A stretch of DNA of 64,000 nucleotides, taken from NCBI GenBank assembly GCA_023435435.1, contig JAEYRW010000085.1, forward strand, positions 1,814 to 65,813, read 5' to 3'. The notes under the pieces were generated by a model that was not told the DNA's origin, searched no databases, and saw only the letters and a program-made list of their open reading frames with translations. The position numbers and the translations under genes were made by a program. Shown here piece after piece: positions 44,923 through 52,996 of this stretch. Position 1 is the first letter of the stretch, and every line of letters starts with the position of its first letter. This DNA is from Bacillota bacterium. Lineage in GTDB: Bacteria > Bacillota > Clostridia > Christensenellales > Aristaeellaceae.

Positions 44923-46151
44923 GTCTCGTCCGCTATCTGCCCACCCCTTCCGACCGGATGGGTGTCATCTGGAGCCTCCTTTGCGTCGGGGGCGCGGTGG
45001 TCCTGGAATACGGGCCCGCCGGAACCACCCACTACAGCGCGGGCCTGTTCGGCGCCTTGGGCGCGGAGGTGGGCGACAGGCTGTTCACCACGCACATGAC
45101 CGAGGACGACGTTGTGATGGGCGACGTGTCAAAGCTCGAGGCCGCCCTTGTGGAAATCGACCGGGAATACGCGCCAGAGGTGATTTTCGTGGTCGCGTCC
45201 AGCATCTCGGCGGTCATCGGAACCGACCTCAGGGGCGTGTGCGCCTATATGCGGGAAAAGCTCCGCGCCCGGCTGATTCCCATGGATCAGGGCGGCTTCC
45301 GGGGCAACTTCACGCTGGGCCTGCGGGAGAGCTACCGCACGCTGGCCCGGGAACTGGCAAAGCCGGACGCGCCGAAGCTGCCGGGCAGATACAACCTCCT
45401 GGGCGCGTCGGTGGGATCGTATCGCGCGCGGTCGGATGTCTGGGAAATCGAGGATCTGATGCGCCGGGCGTTCGGCATGGAGGCCCATGCGAAACTCTGC
45501 CTGGATACAGATGTAAATGCCATTGAAACCATGGCCGGGGCCGAGGTCAATCTTGCCCTGCGCGCGGAGGCGCTTCCCTGCGCGGAGGAAATGCAAAAAA
45601 GCGGCGGGACGCCTTTCGTGACGGGCGCGCCCTACGGCTATCGCGGCACGCTCGACTGGCTGAACCGGGTTGGCGCGGCCATGGGCAGGGCGGCCGATCC
45701 AGCCCTTGTCCGGGGGATGGAAGCGCAGGCGGCCGAGGCGGCCCGGTACCGGATGTATGGCATGACGCGCCGCGCACACATGCCCGCGGCGGCGATTCTG
45801 GGCGAATACGACCTGGTGGCGGGCCTGTCCACCTTTTTGGATGAGTTGGGCCTGTCAGTGGGGCACAAGATATGTACCCATTCCCTGCGGGATTGGCCGG
45901 AGGCCGGTCCGGAGATCGTCTCCGTAACCGAGGAAAGGGACAGAATCGCCCTTCTGAAGAGGCTGCACCATTTCCTTGTGCTGGCCGACGACGTTTCCGC
46001 GCGCCTTCTTGCCCCGGACAACACATATCTTCGCGTTTCAAACCCGCTGGTGAACGGCGCGCAGATCGCGAACCATATGCCGATCATGGGCCCGCGCGGC
46101 GCGGATTTTATGTTGGAGACCATTGAGACATATTTTCAGTCGCTCTCCTGA
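44919..46151 (+). CDS. nitrogenase component-1-type oxidoreductase, NifK/BchB-like subunit, copy A
   Basis: 410 aa, ATGA overlap with the D-like gene. Alignable by eye to the D-like paralogue (…VVLEYGPAG…, …VVASSISAVIGTDL…), but the ligand cysteines are replaced. Confidence 0.75.
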   Translation: MSLVRYLPTPSDRMGVIWSLLCVGGAVVLEYGPAGTTHYSAGLFGALGAEVGDRLFTTHMTEDDVVMGDVSKLEAALVEIDREYAPEVIFVVASSISAVIGTDLRGVCAYMREKLRARLIPMDQGGFRGNFTLGLRESYRTLARELAKPDAPKLPGRYNLLGASVGSYRARSDVWEIEDLMRRAFGMEAHAKLCLDTDVNAIETMAGAEVNLALRAEALPCAEEMQKSGGTPFVTGAPYGYRGTLDWLNRVGAAMGRAADPALVRGMEAQAAEAARYRMYGMTRRAHMPAAAILGEYDLVAGLSTFLDELGLSVGHKICTHSLRDWPEAGPEIVSVTEERDRIALLKRLHHFLVLADDVSARLLAPDNTYLRVSNPLVNGAQIANHMPIMGPRGADFMLETIETYFQSLS

Positions 46152-46208
46152 ACGGAGCTGCCTTCGCTTTCTGTGCTTTATGGAGAGGGCGGGTTCAAAC
46201 CGGTGGAA

Positions 46209-46990
46209 TCAGAACTCATTCAGGCGTCCTTCCCGGGACAAAGACCACAAAATCATTCCGGCGCTGAGCAGTTGGGCGACCGCGGTGGCCGCCGCCGCGC
46301 CGGGCACGCCCCACCCGAGCGCGAGGTCGAGCGCGATGTTCGCGGCGCCGGAAATGAGGAGCACATAGAAAGCGTCTTGGTGTTTCCCGGCGCGCGCAGG
46401 ATGCCCGCCCCGATGTTGTAGGTCATTAGGGCAACACCGCCCAAATCCTACGCGGGCGGGCGGCTGCATTTCCGCCATCTCGCGCCCGCAGAATTCTTGA
46501 CGTAGCGTTGCTACGCCTTCGCCTCGGCTCCTTGCCTTGGGCGAAAATCCATCGCGGGGCTTTCTCCCGTCATTTCTGCGCCTTGCTCTGAGACCGACAG
46601 CGCGCCGAAGGTAATGCGCACGTAGGCGGGCGTCATGGGCGCGATGTCGTCCGGGACGTTCAGCATGCCTGCGAGGGCGGGCGAGAGCAAAATGCCCAGG
46701 ACGGAAAACAGGAGCCCCGCCGCGAGGGCAAACGTGATCGCCGTGTGCGCCGCCCGCGAAAGCATTTCCCGTTTCTTTGCGCCGTAATGCCGGGCAATCA
46801 AAACACCCGCACCCGCCGAAAAACCCACCCCAAAATTGACCGGCAGCTTTACCGCGACCGCGAAAAACGCATCGTCGCTCCGTCCACCGCCTCCAAGCGC
46901 GTCCGGGAATTGGAAGGGGAGGTGGGCCGGGAACTGGTGACGCGAAAGCACGCCGGTGTCGCCCTTACGCGCCGGCAGAACCATGCTGGA
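46209..46990 (-). pseudogene. decayed MATE-family efflux transporter
   Basis: MATE-like peptide pieces occur in three different minus-strand frames: GVGFSAGAGVLIARHYGAKK...PAYVRITFGAL; ALMTYNIGAGILRAPGNTKT; FYVLLISGAANIALDLALGWGVPGAAAATAVAQ. They are interrupted by unrelated sequence at about 46445-46590, and the C-terminal half is absent. Confidence 0.6.
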
Positions 46991-47320
46991 ATACGAGGAG
47001 CGCATCTCGTCAACTTTCTCTACGAGGCGACGCATGGCTGACTGTTTCCCAAAGGCCAGCAATTTCAGCTGGAATTGGACGTTGCGGCGGACGCGCTTTC
47101 CTATCGCAAAACCGGAAGGTGATACGCGCTTGTGGCTCGGGGCCTCGTCCCGGACGATTTGCAAAAGGGGCTTTTGCGGGAGGTACCAGTGTTGAAGGGG
47201 ACGATCCCACCCGTCGGGTACTTTCGATTGTATCGAAAAAATGGCGCGCGGGAAGGCGCGATACGGGAGTGGCTGTTGCCCGGGGACGAAGCGGAAGGGG
47301 CGACCCCATGAAAATTTAAA

Positions 47321-47334
47321 TTAGGATACCCTAA
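47321..47334. promoter_or_regulatory. TTAG-N6-CTAA operator, copy 8
   Basis: TTAGGATACCCTAA in the -35 region of an extended -10 promoter (TGTATAAT, 47352-47359) upstream of the locus B AraC gene. Confidence 0.55.
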
Positions 47335-47418
47335 TAAGTTAACCGCCCTCGTGTATAATGGATGCGGCGCAAAACCCGGAAGGCCGTTCCAATAGACATG
47401 CACAGGAGGATCGTGTCC

Positions 47419-48261
47419 ATGATCGCAGATATTGATCGCGTCGCGGATTATTTTGCTCAAAACAATATGACCTTTCTGGATGCCCATGTCATCAGCGTCG
47501 CGCCTGGAAGCGCGCGCCGGAATACGGCGACCGCGCCGGCGGGGCAGGGAATCGTCATTCCTCTTTCCGGCAGCGCCGTATTCACCATGGACGGAACGCC
47601 CTATTTTCTGTCCCCCGGGATGGTCCTGCACGCCCGGCCCGGCGTGTGCCTGAACAAGGAGGTCGTCGGGAAAGAGGCGTGGCGCTATGCGCTGGTGCAC
47701 TATCGCGCCGCCGGTGAGGCGGATGTGCCGGACCTCGCCCATTTCGGCATGCCCGTGGAAGACTCGCCGCGCATTGCCGCGCTTTCCGGCAAACTCAGTG
47801 CGGCGGCGGACGCCGCGGACAGCATGGCGGCGCTGCGGGCAAAATCCCTTTTTCACAACCTGATTGAGGAGCTTCTCCTCTCCGCGATCAGGCGGCGGGA
47901 CGGCGGCGGCGTCATCGGCGAGGCGCTTTCCTACCTTCATGAGAATTACGCGGGTCAGTTTACCGCCGCCGAACTGGCGGCGCGGTTCGGATTGAGCGCC
48001 AAGCGCTTTGCGGCGGTCTTCCAACGGCATACGGGCATGACCCCCGCCTGCTATCTCACCGGACTGCGCATCCGGCAATCAAAGGAACTGCTCAGAACCA
48101 GCGACTGTCCCGTATCCCGCGTGGCGGAGTACGTGGGTTACCAGGATCCCTATTATTACAGCAGACTGTTCAAAAAGATAAGCGGCGTGTCTCCCACGGA
48201 ATTTCGGGCGGCGTCCGCCGAAAATGTCCGCGCAAAATCAGAAATCAACGCACGGGATTAA
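47419..48261 (+). CDS. AraC-family regulator (cupin-like N-domain plus HTH), locus B
   Basis: AGGAGG 8 nt before ATG 47419. C-terminus YLTGLRIRQSKELLRTSDCPVSRVAEYVGYQDPYYYSRLFKKISGVSPTEFR. Confidence 0.85.
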   Translation: MIADIDRVADYFAQNNMTFLDAHVISVAPGSARRNTATAPAGQGIVIPLSGSAVFTMDGTPYFLSPGMVLHARPGVCLNKEVVGKEAWRYALVHYRAAGEADVPDLAHFGMPVEDSPRIAALSGKLSAAADAADSMAALRAKSLFHNLIEELLLSAIRRRDGGGVIGEALSYLHENYAGQFTAAELAARFGLSAKRFAAVFQRHTGMTPACYLTGLRIRQSKELLRTSDCPVSRVAEYVGYQDPYYYSRLFKKISGVSPTEFRAASAENVRAKSEINARD

Positions 48262-48274
48262 AAGGGAGGAGAAA

Positions 48275-49066
48275 ATGGCCATGCACAGCATCGCCACCGC
48301 GAACCTTGCCATCGCCTACGAGGATCACCTCGTGGTAAACGGCCTCGATATGCAAATTCCGCGGGGGGAAATCACCTCGATCATCGGGCCCAACGGCTGC
48401 GGGAAATCCACGGTCCTCAAGGCGGTGGGGCGCATCCTCAAGCCCAGGGGCGGCAGCGTATCCCTCAACGGCAACGACATCCGGACGCTTTCCACCGGCG
48501 AAATCGCCCGCAAAATGGCGATTCTGCCCCAATCCCCGCTGGCGCCCGCGGGACTCACGGTGGGCGAGCTTGTGGGGTACGGCCGCTTCCCGCATCAGAA
48601 GGGGTTTGGAAAACTGAAGCCGGAGGACAGGGAAATCGTCCGCTGGGCATTGGAGGTGACGCGGCTTTCGGAACTGGAGACCTCGTTGGTGGACGCCCTC
48701 TCCGGCGGCCAGCGGCAGCGCGTGTGGATCGCCATGGCGCTGGCGCAGCAGACCGACCTGATTCTGCTGGACGAACCCACGACGTACCTCGACCTCTCTT
48801 ATCAGCTGGAGGTGCTCGAACTGCTCTACCGCCTCAACCGGGAGCAAAATTGCTCCATCGTCATGGTGCTCCACGATCTCAACCTGGCGGCGCGCTTTTC
48901 CGATTACATGATCGCCATCCGGGACGGGGAAATCGTCGGCTGCGGCGCGCCCTCCGAGATCATGACGCCCCGGGTGCTCGAAAAGGTCTTTCAAATCGAC
49001 GCGACCATCGCCACGGAGCCCCGCACGGGCCGCCCCGTCTGCCTGACCTACAACCTTCTGCGCTGA
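48275..49066 (+). CDS. FecE-type ABC ATPase, locus B
   Basis: GGGAGGAG RBS. GPNGCGKSTVLK, LSGGQRQRVWIAMALA, LILLDEPTT. Confidence 0.9.
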   Translation: MAMHSIATANLAIAYEDHLVVNGLDMQIPRGEITSIIGPNGCGKSTVLKAVGRILKPRGGSVSLNGNDIRTLSTGEIARKMAILPQSPLAPAGLTVGELVGYGRFPHQKGFGKLKPEDREIVRWALEVTRLSELETSLVDALSGGQRQRVWIAMALAQQTDLILLDEPTTYLDLSYQLEVLELLYRLNREQNCSIVMVLHDLNLAARFSDYMIAIRDGEIVGCGAPSEIMTPRVLEKVFQIDATIATEPRTGRPVCLTYNLLR

Positions 49067-49142
49067 CGGGAGGGGAAGTCCATCTCCACGCGGAAAAAAA
49101 TCCATTCCATTCCGCCGGGCGATGTGGTACCATGTCCTTGTG

Positions 49143-49156
49143 TTAGGAATGCCTAT
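49143..49156. promoter_or_regulatory. degenerate TTAG-N6-CTAA operator, copy 9
   Basis: TTAGGAATGCCTAT has the same left arm and core as copy 1, with one mismatch in the right arm. Lies just upstream of the RBS of the locus B binding protein. Confidence 0.4.
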
Positions 49157-49175
49157 CAATTTAGGAGGAAAGCAA

Positions 49176-50150
49176 ATGAAAAGAGTCCTTATTTTTGTGC
49201 TGACGCTTTTGACGGCGGCGATGGGAAGCGTCGGCTTTGCCGAGGAGACGCCCAAGACGACCGGCGACATCGACGACAAGACGGTGAGCGTCAACTACAT
49301 AAGCGAGGTGGAATACCCGTACACCTATACGGACGCGGCGGGCAGGGAAATTACCATCGAGCATCAGATCACCGCCATCGCGGTGGACTATCTCCCCCTG
49401 TGGGAGAGCATGACGCTTCTGGGCGTCAAGCCCGTGGCGGCCTCCGGAAGCGAGAACTACATCGCCACCTGGGACGCCTTTGACGGATACGACTTCAGCA
49501 CCGTAACGGACATCGGGTCGAGCGAAATCAACCTCGAGCTTCTGGCGGCGCTGGAGCCCGATCTCATTCTCGCCCAGGTGTGGGACGTAAACGACATGGA
49601 CATCGCCAATTACGAAAAGATCGCCACCGTCGCAGTCTTCAGCATGGATACCAAGATGGACTGGCGGCTGAGTCTGCGGGAGGTGGGCAAGCTCCTCGGG
49701 CTCTCCCAGCGCGCGGAGGAGGTCATCGCCCAGGTTGAGGAACGGCTCGCGGCGTCGAGGGAACTCATAAAGGAAGAATATCAGGATCAGACGGTGATGC
49801 AGATTTCCATCATGGGCGAGGACAAGTATTACTGCGCGTGGCGCGAGGATCTCTACGGCGAAACCGGCCTGGGCCTGAAAACGCCGGAGGGATACACCAC
49901 CTCCACCAACTACGAGCAGATTTCCATGGAAGCCATCGCCCAGATGAATCCGGACGTGATTTTCATCAACCTCTTCGATGGCGACGAGGCCATCTACGAG
50001 GCCATGACCGCAAACAGCGTCTGGCAGTCGCTGACCGCCGTGAAGAACGGGCGCGTGTATCTGCTGGACGGCACCGGTCACGCCAACAGCGCCCTGTCCA
50101 CGCTCCATACGGTGGACTTCATCGTCGAAAGCCTGACGCAGGCCGAGTAA
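49176..50150 (+). CDS. iron-chelate/B12-type ABC substrate-binding protein, locus B
   Basis: AGGAGG RBS. Signal peptide MKRVLIFVLTLLTAAMGSVGFA, then a Peripla_BP_2-like body (ITAIAVDYLPLWESMTLLGVKPV). Confidence 0.85.
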   Translation: MKRVLIFVLTLLTAAMGSVGFAEETPKTTGDIDDKTVSVNYISEVEYPYTYTDAAGREITIEHQITAIAVDYLPLWESMTLLGVKPVAASGSENYIATWDAFDGYDFSTVTDIGSSEINLELLAALEPDLILAQVWDVNDMDIANYEKIATVAVFSMDTKMDWRLSLREVGKLLGLSQRAEEVIAQVEERLAASRELIKEEYQDQTVMQISIMGEDKYYCAWREDLYGETGLGLKTPEGYTTSTNYEQISMEAIAQMNPDVIFINLFDGDEAIYEAMTANSVWQSLTAVKNGRVYLLDGTGHANSALSTLHTVDFIVESLTQAE

Positions 50151-50220
50151 TCAGGGATGGAAACGGGCGGTGGGCCTGCAAATAGGCCTGTCGCCCCTTT
50201 TCCTTGCCGGGGAGTTGGAA

Positions 50221-51216
50221 ATGTCAAAATCACGAAAAACGGCCGCCTTCGGATTGGCGGCGGCGGCGCTGCTCGTCATATTCCTCTTTGCGTCGATCAA
50301 TACCGGGGCCGCCCAAATCGGCCTTCGCGGGGTCTGGGACGCGCTTTTCGCCTTCGACCCCGAAAACACCATGCACCTGCTCGTGCGGGATATGCGGCTC
50401 GTCCGGGCGCTTTCGGGGGCGGCGGTGGGCGCTTCCCTGGCGGTGGCGGGCGCCATGATGCAGGGTATGACCCGCAACCCCATGGCGGATTCCGGCCTCA
50501 TGGGGCTGAGCGCGGGGGCGGGCTTCGCCATTTCCCTGTGCGTTTCGGTGCTCGGGTTCACGCGCTACAATCTGGTCCTCCTGTCCAGCTTCGCGGGCGC
50601 GCTTCTGGGCGCGGCAGGGGTTTACGCGATCAGCGCCCTCGTCCCCGGCAGCGAAACGCGCGTGAAGCTGGTGCTGTCCGGCGCCATGCTGTCCACGTTT
50701 TTGTCCGCTCTTTCCCAGGCCATCGCCATTCAAAGCGGCAAATCCCAGTCGCTGATGTTCTGGACGCTGGGGAATCTGTCCGGGATCAGCTGGGGTCAGT
50801 TTTTGGCCGCTTTGCCCTTTCTGGCGGCGGGCGTTCTCCTTTCGCTGCTTTTGTCCCCGCGGGTGACGATTCTGAGCCTGACGGACGAGGTCGCGGCCGG
50901 GCTCGGGGTGCGCGTGGGCGCGGTCAAGGCCCTGGGGACGCTGGCGGTGGTGCTCATGGCGGGCACATCGTTCGTGCTGGCGGGAAACATCACGTTCGTG
51001 GGGCTCCTGACCGCGCACTTCTGCCGCTTTCTCGCGGGCCCGGACTACCGGCGCGTGATTCCCCTGAGCGCACTGTTCGGCGGCGTACTGGTCGTTCTGG
51101 CGGATACGCTCGCCAAGGGAATCGCGCCGCCGGTGGAATACCCGGTGGGGGCGCTCATCTCGCTGATCGGCGTGCCCGTGTTCCTCTATTACGCGCGAAG
51201 GAAGGCGGGAAAATGA
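50221..51216 (+). CDS. FecCD-family permease 1, locus B
   Basis: MSKSRKTAAFG start; RNPMADSGLMGLSAGAG motif; multi-TM. Confidence 0.85.
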   Translation: MSKSRKTAAFGLAAAALLVIFLFASINTGAAQIGLRGVWDALFAFDPENTMHLLVRDMRLVRALSGAAVGASLAVAGAMMQGMTRNPMADSGLMGLSAGAGFAISLCVSVLGFTRYNLVLLSSFAGALLGAAGVYAISALVPGSETRVKLVLSGAMLSTFLSALSQAIAIQSGKSQSLMFWTLGNLSGISWGQFLAALPFLAAGVLLSLLLSPRVTILSLTDEVAAGLGVRVGAVKALGTLAVVLMAGTSFVLAGNITFVGLLTAHFCRFLAGPDYRRVIPLSALFGGVLVVLADTLAKGIAPPVEYPVGALISLIGVPVFLYYARRKAGK

Positions 51217-52217
51217 AAAAGACGCGGATTGCCCTGCCGCTGCTGCTCCTCGTTTTGCTTCTCCTGCTGATCCTTTCCGTCCGGACGGGGTATACGTCCC
51301 TTTCGTTTCGGGACATCCTGCGGATTCTCCTGGGCGGCGGGACAGACGGCGAAAATCTGGTGGTCTTTTCCTTCCGCATGCCGCGGATTTTCCTCGGAAT
51401 GCTCAGCGGCATGGGCTTCGCCCTGTCGGGCTGCGTGCTGCAGGGATTGACGCGCAACCCGCTGGCCGATCCCGGTCTTCTGGGCATCAACGCGGGGGCC
51501 GGGCTCGTGGTGGTGACGTTCCTCTCGCTGGCGGGGACGCTCTCCCTGGGGAGCGTGCTCTCCCTGCCCCTCTTCTCGCTGCTGGGCGCGGCGCTCTCCG
51601 GACTGCTGATTTACGCGCTCTCGGTTCGGAAAAATGGGGGACTTGATTCCATGAAGATGATCTTAAACGGCATCGCGATCCAGCTGGGCATGACCGCCGC
51701 CATGACGCTTCTGGCGCTGGGCCTGGATTCCGATCAGTACGAATTCGTCGCGCGGTTTCAGGCGGGGAGCTTCTGGAACGCCGACTGGCCCATGGTTCTG
51801 AGCCTTCTTCCGTGGATCGCCGCCGGATTTTTGCTGCTCATGACCAAGACGCGGGTTCTCAATCTCCTCGAAGCCGGGGACGAGATTGCGGTAGGCCTGG
51901 GCGTCCGGGTGCGCGGAGAAAAGAGGACGCTCATGATCGCGGCGCTGGCGCTGGCGGCGGCTTGCGTGTCCTCCAGCGGAAGCATGAGCTTTGTCGGGCT
52001 CGTCGCGCCCCACCTGGCGCGCAGGCTCGTCGGTTCGCGCCATCAATACCTGGTTCCGGCGAGCCTTTTGACGGGCGGGATCGTCGTGGTCGCGGCGGAC
52101 GCCGTTGCCCGCACGGTCGTCCAGCCGGAGACGCTGCCCACGGGGCTCGTCACGTCGCTCATCGGCGCGCCCTACTTTCTGACGATGCTCGTTGCCCGGC
52201 GCAAAGGCGTGCGGTGA
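51213..52217 (+). CDS. FecCD-family permease 2, locus B
   Basis: ATGA overlap with permease 1. [18 protein letters not shown] start; [17 protein letters not shown] motif. Confidence 0.85.
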   Translation: MKKTRIALPLLLLVLLLLLILSVRTGYTSLSFRDILRILLGGGTDGENLVVFSFRMPRIFLGMLSGMGFALSGCVLQGLTRNPLADPGLLGINAGAGLVVVTFLSLAGTLSLGSVLSLPLFSLLGAALSGLLIYALSVRKNGGLDSMKMILNGIAIQLGMTAAMTLLALGLDSDQYEFVARFQAGSFWNADWPMVLSLLPWIAAGFLLLMTKTRVLNLLEAGDEIAVGLGVRVRGEKRTLMIAALALAAACVSSSGSMSFVGLVAPHLARRLVGSRHQYLVPASLLTGGIVVVAADAVARTVVQPETLPTGLVTSLIGAPYFLTMLVARRKGVR

Positions 52218-52252
52218 CGCGCGCGACATCAAACACGACGGAGGGATACGCC

Positions 52253-52996
52253 ATGCAGAAAATCGCGATTTATGGGAAGGGTGGCATCGGGAAATCCACC
52301 ACCGTCTCCAATTTGTCCGTCACCTTTTCCCGCATGGGATACAGGGTCATGCAGATCGGCTGCGACCCCAAGGCGGACTCCACAAGAAACCTGACCGGCG
52401 GCACGCGGATTCAAACGGTGCTGGATGCCCTGCGCCGGGGGGACGACGTGTCCCTTGACGAAATCGTCGTCCGGGGTGACCGGGGCGTCCTGTGCGTCGA
52501 ATCCGGCGGCCCCAAGCCGGGCATCGGCTGCGCGGGGCGGGGCATCATCACGGCCTTCGAGAAGCTCGACGAGCTCGACGCCTATCGCGTCTTCCGCCCC
52601 GATATCGTGCTGGGCGACGTGGTGTGCGGCGGTTTTTCCATGCCCATCCGAAACGGATACGCGGACAAGGTCTTCATCGTAACCTCGGGGGAAATGATGT
52701 CTCTGTACGCCGCGACCAACATCGCCCACGCGGTGGGAAACCTGAGCGGAAGCCGTGCGGCCGCGCTGGGCGGACTGATCTTCAACGCGAAAAACATCGA
52801 GGACGAGGACCGATTGGTGGAAACGGCCGCCGGGGAGATGGGAACGGCCGTGATCCACAAAATCCCCCGGGACGGCGCGACCCAGCGCGCGGAAGCGCAT
52901 GGGAAGACCGTCGCCGAGGCTTTTCCCGAAAGCGCCATGGCGGGGGAATACCGGGTGCTGGCGGAGAAACTGACGGAGGGCTGGGATGGGATATAA
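52253..52996 (+). CDS. NifH/BchL-family ATPase, copy B (in-frame 4-codon deletion in the Walker B/switch II region)
   Basis: [34 protein letters not shown] and VVCGGFSMP are all present. However, [10 protein letters not shown] lacks the IYDV residues of copy A ([14 protein letters not shown]). Confidence 0.8.
   Translation: MQKIAIYGKGGIGKSTTVSNLSVTFSRMGYRVMQIGCDPKADSTRNLTGGTRIQTVLDALRRGDDVSLDEIVVRGDRGVLCVESGGPKPGIGCAGRGIITAFEKLDELDAYRVFRPDIVLGDVVCGGFSMPIRNGYADKVFIVTSGEMMSLYAATNIAHAVGNLSGSRAAALGGLIFNAKNIEDEDRLVETAAGEMGTAVIHKIPRDGATQRAEAHGKTVAEAFPESAMAGEYRVLAEKLTEGWDGI

Noticed and set aside
40025-46151. A genuine nifHDK nitrogen-fixation cluster
   Set aside because: The D/K-like proteins are only 432 and 410 aa. 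The K-like subunit lacks the P-cluster cysteines. No Cys/His FeMo-co ligand contexts are present, and the window has no nifB/E/N/V. The genes are interleaved with a chelate importer. They are therefore nitrogenase-like, not nitrogenase.
50157-52217. A single 686-aa FhuB-like fused double permease
   Set aside because: The first half of that ORF is an out-of-frame overlay of permease 1, and its translation is Arg/Gly-rich nonsense. The two real permease genes are in different frames and meet at an ATGA overlap (51213-51216).
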